Assembly (NCBI GenBank): GCA_900617105.1
Contig: UYFQ01000371.1
Span: forward strand, 1-56,915
DNA length: 56,915 nucleotides
Source: Hydrurus foetidus
Lineage: Eukaryota
Direction of reading: 5' to 3'
Every line of letters begins with the position of its first letter. Within the stretch, counting starts at the first letter, position 1. Below, in pieces: positions 10,523 through 21,000 of this stretch. Below the pieces are notes generated by a model. The model did not search any database, was not told where the DNA came from, and saw only the letters and a list, made by a program, of their open reading frames with translations. Both the position numbers and the translations under genes were made by a program.

Positions 10523-12190
10523 GAAGTCAACGTTGGGAATCATCTTATTCCCTCTGCCGACCAGTCGAGCCTTCTTCGTCCCATCGTTCTTGACACTGAA
10601 CAGCCACATCATCGGAACTAAGTGCTGTCCAGTAAAAGGGACGATGTTGAAGCAAGAGTTGGCTTCAAACTTAGTCAGCTCAGTGTCGATAGCTTTTGCC
10701 CATGGTGGGTCCTTCATCGCTTTCCAGAACGATTTGGGAACGCCGGCATCTGGGAGTGTCTTTATCTGATCATAGTGAGACGTCTCAACTACAGTCATCA
10801 GTTGCTCCGGATGTGTGGCCTGGATTGCGTACCAATATACGGCATCCTCTGTTTCCCATGACACTATTGGTGTGTTCGCACCAATCGAGTCGACGGTGTT
10901 TGCAGGGTGTATTGATGCACTATCAGGTATGCATGGTGGTGAGGCCCTCTTGGGTGCACCGCTATGCGCCACTGGGTGGGGACCAGCTGGAGTTGTGACT
11001 GCATTCGTACCACTTCGTCGTCGCATGCTGTGGTTGGGGTCGACGTGGTTTGATTGTATCGCCTCACTTGGTGCATGCATTGTGACTTGTGCATTTGCAG
11101 GCGTCTGATTGTGTGCCGCTTTTGGTGCTGGGACAGTCGTTTGAGTTGCCTTATGTATATGGGGTGGCTCTAATGCTGTTGTGGCTTCCATTTGTTGCAC
11201 TATCTCTTCAGGCAAGTCGAAAATGACGTCTTTGCTGATCCTCACTGCGCCATATTTTCCTTTGTCTAATATCTCGATGACTTTGTAGGTAGGCTCAAGT
11301 GTGGTCGTCATGTCATATCCAATGAACCTGGCTTGATACGCTCGGGGGTGACCGACTTTACCGCCTGCGTCCTTGGTTGGTATGTGGACCCAGCACTTGG
11401 ACCAGAAAGCGTGGAGATGTTTGACGACAACATGCTTTTTAGTTAGCATGTTGTATGGGGAAGTACCTATCACACTATTGTAATTAAACGACATAGTGGC
11501 ACACACATAGCTCATGGCAATGTCCCAGAACTTCGGTGGAACCGGTGGTGTGGGGGCTAGCATAATCGTGTTGCACTTGGCTGCAATGACTCCTACTGTG
11601 CGCTCCGCTACTCCATTGGCATGCTTGTCACGAGGTGGTGTGGGCTCAGTGCGGTATCCAAAGCCTCCGAGGCACTTGGTGAACTCACTGGATCTATATG
11701 ACTTTTCTGCATCGACCCTAACGAACCGATCGATTGGGTCTGATGTAGCAGGTGCGTTCCTCCATTCTGGGTGAGACTCGAAGAGCAGGCTGACTTGGTC
11801 GCATAGCTCTTGGGCTCCCCGGTCACGGGTGAACACCGGATACACACGCCGTGTGGTGAGATCCGTGAAGAGGTCGCAGTATTTGAACCGGCCTGCGCCT
11901 CTTTCTGCGTGGGTGTATGCATCCAGAGCAAACTGGCTCCCCGGTATGGGTGCTGGTGCTCTATGGACCCTTAGGTGGTCCGTGGATGCTTGTCGCATTG
12001 TGCCCTGGACGCATGCTTGACACACGGGACGGTGTGCCTTCGCATCGTTGCGGGTGTATGCTGCTCCAGTGGAGTGTGTCCGGTGCCATTCCATCCCTTC
12101 TTTACCAGGATGTGCTAGGACACGGTGGACGTGGTCGTATAGTGAGGTGTCTTTAACGCTTGTGACCAACAAGCGTTCCTCGTCACGAAG
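10523..12190 (-). pseudogene. pol: Copia pol: integrase and start of RT, interrupted at 10523 by the Gypsy
   Basis: HVHRVLAH...CQAC (HHCC); DDE in FALDAY, RVDAEKSY, NGVAER; PKFWDIA, FIGY; RT start WAKAIDTEL, KKARLVGRG, NVDF. Confidence 0.92.
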
Positions 12191-12841
12191 TCAGATTGAC
12201 TTCTGGATGTAGAGTCCGTCCTCTACTTCTCCCCGCAACTTCATCTCGCAGGTCTTGCTGATCTGTGCCAGGTGAGGTTGTATCTCTTTGAGGCCGTAGA
12301 ATCTGCAGTCGCGTGACGTGAAGATACCGCACATGTTCTCGGCACATGCCTGTGACACTGACAGTAGGGTCGTGTCCTTCATTCCTTCGATGACGATGGT
12401 CGGAAGCATGTATGGTGGCAGGTCACCCATCTCTGATGGTGTGATAGTCTCCCCGAAAGCTGCATTCACCGTGCATGATGCAGGCCGTAGGTTCTTCAAC
12501 TTGTTTCTGAGACCAGTTCCTGACGTGGAAGCTCCACTGTCGATGATAACTTTATTTTCTTTTGAGGCCATACCCAGGACTCGATGTACCGGCCCTACAG
12601 CGTGCAGAAGGTTCAGTTTGGCCTTGGGGCCTTTGCGAAGTTTCTGTAGTACCCGTCGTGGTGGCGTTGGGGCTGTGAGGTCGACTACAAATGGTTTGCC
12701 TGAATGTGGTTGATGTTGAAGAGCTGGCGTGCCGCTGATGCGCTGTTGTCTCGAATTGGTGCCGCTGATGCGCTTCGAGCACTTGAGTGTGCCGCTGATC
12801 CGCTGATGACAGGTGGAATTGCTGGAGACGCTCGAGAGTTC
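12191..12841 (-). CDS. Copia aspartic protease region
   Basis: IIDSGAS, TLLSVSQ, DGLY. Frame is open from ~12841 (first ATG 12571) and in frame with integrase beyond the TGA at 12191-12193. Confidence 0.85.
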   Translation of the reverse strand, partial: ELSSVSSNSTCHQRISGTLKCSKRISGTNSRQQRISGTPALQHQPHSGKPFVVDLTAPTPPRRVLQKLRKGPKAKLNLLHAVGPVHRVLGMASKENKVIIDSGASTSGTGLRNKLKNLRPASCTVNAAFGETITPSEMGDLPPYMLPTIVIEGMKDTTLLSVSQACAENMCGIFTSRDCRFYGLKEIQPHLAQISKTCEMKLRGEVEDGLYIQKSI

Positions 12842-13632
12842 TTATATGGCGCCGCTGATCCGCTGCAAGATCCCGCTGATGCGCTGTGCACAGTGGTTGG
12901 TACAGCTGATGCGCTGTGTATACCGTGGGATGCAGAGGATCCGCTTTGGAGGCGCTGAGGAGTCGATGTAGCAGGGGTGCTCTTTCGCGATGCCGCTGAT
13001 CCGCTGCCAACACTGGTTGATGACTGCGAGGTCGTGATGACGCTTCTTGATGAGCTAGTCATGCTGCTTGATGTTGGTTTGGCTGGGTCAGCTGCTTTCT
13101 CCTTGCCCTGAGTTCGCTTGGCAACATAACCCCATCGTGGTGCACCATTTCCATACATGCCTATGGCAACGCGCTGTGGGGTTGACTGTGGAGTCGCTGG
13201 CGTGCGTGGTTCAGGTGATTTGTTTGGTGTGTACCGACGAGGTGGTGTAGGTGCAAGTTGTTGGGCCGGGGACAGTGGAGGTTGGATAGGGAAAGTGTCT
13301 GCGTCATATTCCTGACGTGCTTGTACCGCTTTGACCTCTGACTTCCTCGGCTTCTTTCTCTGAGGCGTGAATATCTCTGGCGTGTCTGGGAAGTTGTACA
13401 GGTTCCTTAGGTCACGCTCTTGTTTGGGTTTGTCAAGTGGGGTGGTGTCTTCGCGCTGCATATCCTTGTTTCGGAGGGCTGCGTTGGGACTGATGGTTGC
13501 GTCACTTGTATCCTCCCAATAGTTAGGCTGATCAAATGTGTCTACAGCTTCTTCATACTCCATGTCGTCTTCGGTATCGATGCCAGAGAGGTCGCCATAG
13601 CATGTCTCTTGATTGCCTTCCGAGGTGCTCAT
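12685..13632 (-). CDS. Copia ORF2, acidic then Pro/Ser/Ala-rich, probably disordered
   Basis: 315-aa ORF whose ATG overlaps the gag stop (ATGA); SASA/SGSA repeats encoded by gccgctgat(g/c)cgct units. Confidence 0.55.
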   Translation of the reverse strand: MSTSEGNQETCYGDLSGIDTEDDMEYEEAVDTFDQPNYWEDTSDATISPNAALRNKDMQREDTTPLDKPKQERDLRNLYNFPDTPEIFTPQRKKPRKSEVKAVQARQEYDADTFPIQPPLSPAQQLAPTPPRRYTPNKSPEPRTPATPQSTPQRVAIGMYGNGAPRWGYVAKRTQGKEKAADPAKPTSSSMTSSSRSVITTSQSSTSVGSGSAASRKSTPATSTPQRLQSGSSASHGIHSASAVPTTVHSASAGSCSGSAAPYKNSRASPAIPPVISGSAAHSSARSASAAPIRDNSASAARQLFNINHIQANHL

Positions 13633-16127
13633 GACTGAGAACGTACGTACTTCCTGCGGGGAGGTGCTTCGCGTTCTATGACCGGTGGGCGGACTGAATC
13701 CACAATAGCATGAAATATCCGTGTGAGCATATGTAGCTCAACATACTCGGGTTCTTCGCTGAGCCTCTTGATCTCGTGGCGCATGATGACTCGTCCAGCC
13801 ATGATTGTCTTGCGGTTGATAATGTCTACGTTTAGATGCTCTGCTGCATATGACATAAAGTCATACACTAGACCTAGCATTAGAACGTTTCGTGTATCCG
13901 ATGACACTCTCATGATGTTTATCCTATTTGCGATAACATAGAACTCGTCTATTTCATTTGCTCGTGACATGTAGTGGCCCGGTTCTCCCCGTGGGTGATA
14001 GTCCGACCATGTGGGTCTGAACAAATTAAACTCCCTATAGGTCAATTCTTGAGCGGTGGGGAAATCCATATGGGCGTTGAAGTACTCGCTGTTTTCATAC
14101 AGCAGTTCCATAACGCGAGGGTCCGCATCTTTCACTTGGAAGTTTTCCTTACACATGTTGTGTAGTGGGTTGCAACTTGATTGCCAACGGAACCCGGTGA
14201 ATATGGTGGCTTCGACCTCACTGGTGGATCTGGCAAGGTCCGACTTGGTATACTTGTGGACGTATACGAGGAGATCTTTGATGGTGGGTACAAAGTCGTT
14301 GACATCTCTGAAAGTCTTGATTCGTTGATCGATGGACTTGAGCATGGCTTCCTGACTTTGAATCACCCTTGATGTCTCCTCGGATATGACGACGCGTCTG
14401 GGGCTTGTACGTTTTGGTGGTACGTACGGCGTGATGGCGTTTGTCTTGAATACGTTTAAGTGCTCTGTCTTGTTTTGAGACTTTGCAATGTCAAAGTATG
14501 TTGGATCCTGCCAGCCGTCTTTGCTTCCCTGGCTTGTAAGCGACTTGAGGACGACGAGCTGCTTGATGGAGTATCCTTCAGGATTCTTGTCCGTAGGTTT
14601 TCCACGTGGAGACCCGATCTTGGATCGGTGCTCGAATGATACCTTCTTGTGTTGCGGTGGTTGATACTTTGTCTTGGACTTGTCGTAGGTCTTCTCCTGT
14701 GGCTTGCGCTCAGATGGTTTACCTCCTGGAGCCTTGGATGTCTTGTGTGAGTACTTACACCGCTCACCGAACGTACAGGAGCCTTTGAGGAAATTGCGAC
14801 ATACATTTTCCTCAGTGATTGCATTCATCTTGAATGCTTTGATGGTTGGAGGGTCGGCTCGAATGAGCTGATCGACTAGCTCGCGATATCCTTTACTGTT
14901 TCCCCGAGAGGTATACAGGATCGCTTCCATACCCTCCTGCTTGTTCCCTTTGAGCTTCCTGGTCAGCAGGTATAGCTTCTCTGACTCCGTCATACACGTG
15001 AGATTAACGTTGTTCACGCGCGTGACAGCCTCCTCGAACGCCGCGATGTTTGCTTTGATCGACTTGCTTGAAGGTAGCTCGAGATCGTCGAGTAGCTCCC
15101 TTGATAGACCGCTCTCATTACTCCTCTCGCCTTGAGCAAAGCCTTTGATGGCTTTGTACCACTCGATCCCGTTCTTGACGTCGATGTGTTGCGTGATGAG
15201 GTAATGCAGGTCCTTGTTTGTGACAAGATTCATCAGAGCGAATAGTCTTTCACAATCATGGTTGAATCTGAAATAATCATCTTTCATTGTGATGATTATT
15301 TTGTTGCCGTCGAACTTGGCAGATTCATGAGTATAACCGTTCGGATTATATTCATTTGATGGAACGGAGATCCTCTTTTCCTCGGCGAGAGTAAAGAGTT
15401 CGCACTCGCTCAGGAGAAGCTCGAGCTTTTTGAGCTTCTTCCTATTTGTAGTCCCGTCATTTGACAAGTTGATCTTGACTGCCATCGATGATTGATGCGT
15501 CGTAGTGATCGTATACTCTTTGACGGTGACCCTCCTACTTTCGATAAGGCTATTGTCGTGAGACTTCCTTTGATCGATTTCGATTACTGATTGGAGGTCG
15601 CTGACATCATCTCCTACGTCTAGGATGATTTGACTCCCCGTGTTTTGTTGCGCCTTTTCGACCGGCGTCTTACTGATCACACTTTCTGATGAGATCGTGT
15701 ATTCGGTCATAACTGACCGAATGATTTCTCTGATATCTTCATTCGAATACATCCTAGAAGATTGCCCAGTGGCCAGAGATATGGCAGGCTCCGGAGAATG
15801 GTGGATGGTTAGATCCGCTGAATCGCTCCTCTTCCCATTGTCCAGAATCGCTCCAGGAATTATCGGCAGATCCTCCTGAATAGGATCCGGCGGAGCAGGC
15901 GCTTTGAGAATATCCTCAACTGGTATGCCTAACTCAGTTTGTTGGACGATGGGCGCCAGTGGAATAATATCCTGCTCAATATCGGCGAGGAAAGCCGGTT
16001 TCGATGGTGCTGAAGCTGACGAGATAAATCTCGTTTGGCCTCTTGACCGAGTAGCCATTCGAGCAGCGGCGGGTTGTTTTGCCGCTGGTCTTGGCACACT
16101 AGAACTTCTGTTCCGAGTGGCTGGCAT
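13629..16127 (-). CDS. gag: Copia Gag-like protein with CCCH zinc finger and an extra C-terminal domain
   Basis: First ORF after the PBS, first ATG at 16127 (MPATR). Helical capsid-like region (NGIEWYKAIK) then CRNFLKGSCTFGERCKYSH = CX7CX5CX3H. Confidence 0.8.
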   Translation of the reverse strand: MPATRNRSSSVPRPAAKQPAAARMATRSRGQTRFISSASAPSKPAFLADIEQDIIPLAPIVQQTELGIPVEDILKAPAPPDPIQEDLPIIPGAILDNGKRSDSADLTIHHSPEPAISLATGQSSRMYSNEDIREIIRSVMTEYTISSESVISKTPVEKAQQNTGSQIILDVGDDVSDLQSVIEIDQRKSHDNSLIESRRVTVKEYTITTTHQSSMAVKINLSNDGTTNRKKLKKLELLLSECELFTLAEEKRISVPSNEYNPNGYTHESAKFDGNKIIITMKDDYFRFNHDCERLFALMNLVTNKDLHYLITQHIDVKNGIEWYKAIKGFAQGERSNESGLSRELLDDLELPSSKSIKANIAAFEEAVTRVNNVNLTCMTESEKLYLLTRKLKGNKQEGMEAILYTSRGNSKGYRELVDQLIRADPPTIKAFKMNAITEENVCRNFLKGSCTFGERCKYSHKTSKAPGGKPSERKPQEKTYDKSKTKYQPPQHKKVSFEHRSKIGSPRGKPTDKNPEGYSIKQLVVLKSLTSQGSKDGWQDPTYFDIAKSQNKTEHLNVFKTNAITPYVPPKRTSPRRVVISEETSRVIQSQEAMLKSIDQRIKTFRDVNDFVPTIKDLLVYVHKYTKSDLARSTSEVEATIFTGFRWQSSCNPLHNMCKENFQVKDADPRVMELLYENSEYFNAHMDFPTAQELTYREFNLFRPTWSDYHPRGEPGHYMSRANEIDEFYVIANRINIMRVSSDTRNVLMLGLVYDFMSYAAEHLNVDIINRKTIMAGRVIMRHEIKRLSEEPEYVELHMLTRIFHAIVDSVRPPVIEREAPPRRKYVRSQS

Positions 16128-16221
16128 TGCTTTGCTTGTCTGATAAGTCAATTTTGGTTGGTAAAAATGATCAGTTTTTCGCCAAAAATCTCTCAGACTT
16201 GATTTGTGATTTCTCAACAAT

Positions 16222-16233
16222 CAATCGCTACCA
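16222..16233 (-). other. Copia primer-binding site, initiator tRNA-Met-like
   Basis: Minus strand TGGTAGCGATTG directly after the LTR-terminal CA; TGGTAGC matches known tRNAiMet PBS starts. Confidence 0.75.
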
Positions 16234-16693
16234 TGTGGATCTGGCTAAAGGATATCACCTGATGACTTATAGTCCAACTGGTGTGGAGGCTACTGCAGTA
16301 GAACTCCAAGACTCGGCTAGAACGCTGTGTCGGCGAAACTGCAAGCTATATCGATTAAGATCTGCTTAGGTTTACAAGATACAGAAGATCTGCAGTTGGC
16401 AATCTGCATATGCAACTAACATGTGATTGGCTACCTGGCAAACGAGGTGGCGAGCAAGGTAGAGGTGAAATCATGTGTGGCGTTGCAAGAAAGATCATAG
16501 CAGTTATTGGCACTGAAAGGATGCTTTCGAATATGGGATGTATCGCCAACGGCCATATCTGGTATGTACAGTGTACGTTCTATGGTGTACGTACGGTTAC
16601 ACATATATGTATACAGTACTACCTAACGTGTATCTATACTACTATATCTGCTACTATACAACAGACGTAACTACTTTGGTGGTTAGTCTGACA
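16234..16693 (-). repeat. Copia 5' LTR (~460 bp)
   Basis: TG...CA ends. Outer end fixed by the match to 1..247; inner end inferred from the adjacent PBS. Confidence 0.85.
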
Positions 16694-17173
16694 GGTACGT
16701 ATGCATGTGTCTGTATATGAACGTACATGCGTAAGTACAGGGGTACTTACGTATGTGCGCCTATACATCTATGTACTACGCTATAGGCGATCGTACATAC
16801 GTACATAGTAACTATGTGCATACTTGTGTAAGTACGTGTGTGTACATATGCATATAATAGTTTGCACTAACATGTGCACGTACGTGTGTACGTGTATGCG
16901 TGACCATACAAGTGTACGCTCTGCTATATGCGTGCGTACGTACGTACGTACGTACATATTGACTATGTACGTACATTTGTAAGTACATGTACGTCCGTAT
17001 GCATAAATGAGTATGCACTAACATGTGTAAGTACGTGTGTACGTGTGCATAATATCATATCTACATATGTACGTACGTGCGCACGTGCCGCATAACGTAC
17101 ACGTATGTATTTGCAACTACATTTGCAACTATATTACTACAGACATAGCTTGATAGAATCAGGTAGTCTGACA
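16694..17173 (-). repeat. Remnant of an older, related LTR with alternating purine/pyrimidine (TACG/TATG) sequence
   Basis: Ends in tagtctgaca like the Copia LTR; preceding ctacatttgcaactatattactacagacatagct resembles LTR ctatatctgctactatacaacagacgtaact. Confidence 0.6.
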
Positions 17174-18047
17174 GGTCTAGAGAGTCATAACTGAAGATCC
17201 GGAACTGGAGCAACCAGTTTTTACTGTACCCGCATGTGTTCATGATTCCCGCACTGATTTTTGAGGTTTGATAATATGATTATATCCTTTGCATGAAGCA
17301 GAAGCCAATCAAATTTTCATGCTTTTGTGCGCATGTCTTTGGATCGGATCCTAATACCTATGACACAACCTGCTCTACTAACCCTTACCCTAACCGATTA
17401 GGACCGGTCATGTATAGTAAATGCCTTACGTATTTGCTTTCAAAATCGTTAAAATATATTTGCTTCTTTTCACTAATCTAGTCCTTCTAAATAGATCTGT
17501 ATTTCTGCACGCGACTTTACATCAAAAAATTGGTGACATGGGAAACCATTTGAATCTTCAGATATGATTTATTTATGTAATAGGGAAATAAAAATGTCTC
17601 TAAAGGTGTTTTTTTACTGCCACAAGTTGCGCTGCCATACTTGACGATTTCGTTTCTAAAAGCGCAAGGAGTTGGATGTTTGATGTATGCATAGGTCCGT
17701 AGAGTTATTGCTAGTCATGGAGGTGACGCGGATTCAATAGAGGTGGGAGTATGAGCGCAGGTACTGCTAGGTTTTTAATAGAAACTATCTATGTCTGGTT
17801 AGAGTCGCAAGTAGGGCAATGTGTGTGAAGGGACTAGGGGACCAAGTGTATCGAAGTTATCGAAGTGTTCGCAATCGCGAGAAAGTGTAGATCGCAACAT
17901 TTCTCAAGCAACATATGCTTTGTGTGTGTAAAATACAGAATTGCTATCGCGAGAAAGTATAGAAGGCAAGGTATCTCAAGCGAAATGTGTTGTGTGACCG
18001 GAAACAAAGAAGTGTCGGTGACGGAAAATATTAAGAGTTGTGAGGGA

Positions 18048-21000
18048 TTAGGCTACCCTCCCGCCTTTGGACTTAAATGATGGCCGGGTTGTTGGAGTGA
18101 TGCATCCTGATCGTTTTGAATTGACGGGTTGGCCGGCTGGGCACTTCTCGCACATGAAGAACCCCCATTTTCCGGGCGAGAAAGTGCCTTTAGGACACTT
18201 CTCACAAGGGTAGTTGTAGGACCCATTCTTCATTTTACTGTAGTATCCTGATTTGCATTGTAGTTGTCCGAGCATTTCACAACCTGTTCGATCCTCCTTG
18301 GGTCGACTATCAGCAGGACAACCTGTGCACTCTGCGAGACCACCGGGTGATTGCAATCCAAAAGGGCATTCGAAGCAAGTGTCTCCGAGCGTGTTGGGAT
18401 ATGTACCGGGTCCACAATAGAAAGGCACCACAGGCCCTGGAGGTAATGTGGGTTGCGGTGTCGGGTCCGGTGTTGGTGCTGGTGTGGTTTCTTCTGGTCC
18501 AAACACGCATTCAGTCCGCGCCGCATTTGTAAGCCGTCCAGGGCATTCCTGACAATTTATTGCGAGACCTTGAGATATTGTACCAGGTGGACATTCCAAG
18601 CACCCTACGTTCGAGATAAGAGAAAGATAATATCCTGCAGCGCAGTCGTAGTGTGTTTGCTCTGGTGTCTGCAGTGCAACGCACCCTGACTGGTCCTCAT
18701 TCGGCACGGAGAAATACATGCAACGGCTGCAAGACGTGCTTATTTCGTCGCTCGAGCGGTATTCTCCTGCTGGACACTTCTCGCACGGATAGTTCCAAGT
18801 GCCCGGCCCACCTGGACCGTAGTACCCTGCCTTGCATTTCAGTGGTCCAGACTCCTCACACCCAGTTCGAGCTTCATTGGCTCTGAACATGGCTGGACAA
18901 CCTGTGCACTCTGCGAGACCACCGGGTGATTGCAATCCAAAAGGGCATTCGAAGCAAGTGTCTCTGAGCGTGTTGGGATATGTACCGGGTCCACAATAGA
19001 AAGGCACCACAGGCCCTGGAGGTAATGTGGGTTGCGGTGTCGGGTCCGGTGTTGGTGCTGGTGTGGTTTCTTCTGGTCCAAACACGCATTCAGTCCGCGC
19101 CGCATTTGTAAGCCGTCCAGGGCATTCCTGACAATTTATTGCGAGACCTTGAGATATTGTACCAGGTGGACATTCCAAGCACCCTACGTTCGCGATAAGA
19201 GAAAGATAATATCCTGCAGCGCAGTCGTAGTGTGTTTGCTCTGGTGTCTGCAGTGCAACGCACCCTGACTGGTCCTCATTCGGCACGGAGAAATACATGC
19301 AACGGCTGCAAGACGTGCTTATTTCGTCGCTCGAGCGGTATTCTCCTGCTGGACACTTCTCGCACGGATAGTTCCAAGTGCCCGGCCCACCTGGACCGTA
19401 GTACCCTGCCTTGCATTTCAGTGGTCCAGACTCCTCACACCCAGTTCGAGCTTCATTGGCTCTGAACATGGCTGGACAACCTGTGCACTCTGCGAGACCA
19501 CCGGGTGATTGCAATCCAAAAGGGCATTCGAAGCAAGTGTCTCTGAGCGTGTTGGGATATGTACCGGGTCCACAATAGAAAGGCACCACAGGCCCTGGAG
19601 GTAATGTGGGTTGCGGTGTCGGGTCCGGTGTTGGTGCTGGTGTGGTTTCTTCTGGTCCAAACACGCATTCAGTCCGCGCCGCATTTGTAAGCCGTCCAGG
19701 GCATTCCTGACAATTTATTGCGAGACCTTGAGATATTGTACCAGGTGGACATTCCAAGCACCCTACGTTCGTGATAAGAGAAAGATAATATCCTGCAGCG
19801 CAGTCGTAGTGTGTTTGCTCTGGTGTCTGCAGTGCAACGCACCCTGACTGGTCCTCATTCGGCACGGAGAAATACATGCAACGGCTGCAAGACGTGCTTA
19901 TTTCGTCGCTCGAGCGGTATTCTCCTGCTGGACACTTCTCGCACGGATAGTTCCAAGTGCCCGGCCCACCTGGACCGTAGTACCCTGCCTTGCATTTCAG
20001 TGGTCCAGACTCCTCACACCCAGTTCGAGCTTCATTGGCTCTGAACATGGCTGGACAACCTGTGCACTCTGCGAGACCACCGGGTGATTGCAATCCAAAA
20101 GGGCATTCGAAGCAAGTGTCTCTGAGCGTGTTGGGATATGTACCGGGTCCACAATAGAAAGGCACCACAGGCCCTGGAGGTAATGTGGGTTGCGGTGTCG
20201 GGTCCGGTGTTGGTGCTGGTGTGGTTTCTTCTGGTCCAAACACGCATTCAGTCCGCGCCGCATTTGTAAGCCGTCCAGGGCATTCCTGACAATTTATTGC
20301 GAGACCTTGAGATATTGTACCAGGTGGACATTCCAAGCACCCTACGTTCGTGATAAGAGAAAGATAATATCCTGCAGCGCAGTCGTAGTGTGTTTGCTCT
20401 GGTGTCTGCAGTGCAACGCACCCTGACTGGTCCTCATTCGGCACGGAGAAATACATGCAACGGCTGCAAGACGTGCTTATTTCGTCGCTCGAGCGGTATT
20501 CTCCTGCTGGACACTTCTCGCACGGATAGTTCCAAGTGCCCGGCCCACCTGGACCGTAGTACCCTGCCTTGCATTTCAGTGGTCCAGACTCCTCACACCC
20601 AGTTCGAGCTTCATTGGCTCTGAACATGGCTGGACAACCTGTGCACTCTGCGAGACCACCGGGTGATTGCAATCCAAAAGGGCATTCGAAGCAAGTGTCT
20701 CTGAGCGTGTTGGGATATGTACCGGGTCCACAATAGAAAGGCACCACAGGCCCTGGAGGTAATGTGGGTTGCGGTGTCGGGTCCGGTGTTGGTGCTGGTG
20801 TGGTTTCTTCTGGTCCAAACACGCATTCAGTCCGCGCCGCATTTGTAAGCCGTCCAGGGCATTCCTGACAATTTATTGCGAGACCTTGAGATATTGTACC
20901 AGGTGGACATTCCAAGCACCCTACGTTCGTGATAAGAGAAAGATAATATCCTGCAGCGCAGTCGTAGTGTGTTTGCTCTGGTGTCTGCAGTGCAACGCAC

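Larger units (their letters stand above)
1..16693 (-). mobile_element. Ty1/Copia LTR retrotransposon, interrupted by a nested Gypsy; 3' LTR runs off the window
   Basis: Direct repeat 1..247 = 16447..16693 with one mismatch seen (229 g / 16675 t). Domain order on the minus strand is Gag-PR(DSGA)-IN(HHCC, DDE)-RT-RNase H, the Copia order. PBS and polypurine tract (PPT) lie next to the LTRs. Confidence 0.95.

Noticed and set aside
17378..17396. Telomere-like ctaacccttaccctaacc; similar short motifs near 33431 and 37428
   Set aside because: Only 2-3 imperfect units; too short to call interstitial telomere or an element end.
17863..18000. Two imperfect ~73-bp repeats (atcgcgagaaagt...tctcaagc) downstream of the repeat gene
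   Set aside because: Two diverged copies only; no structure or function supportable.
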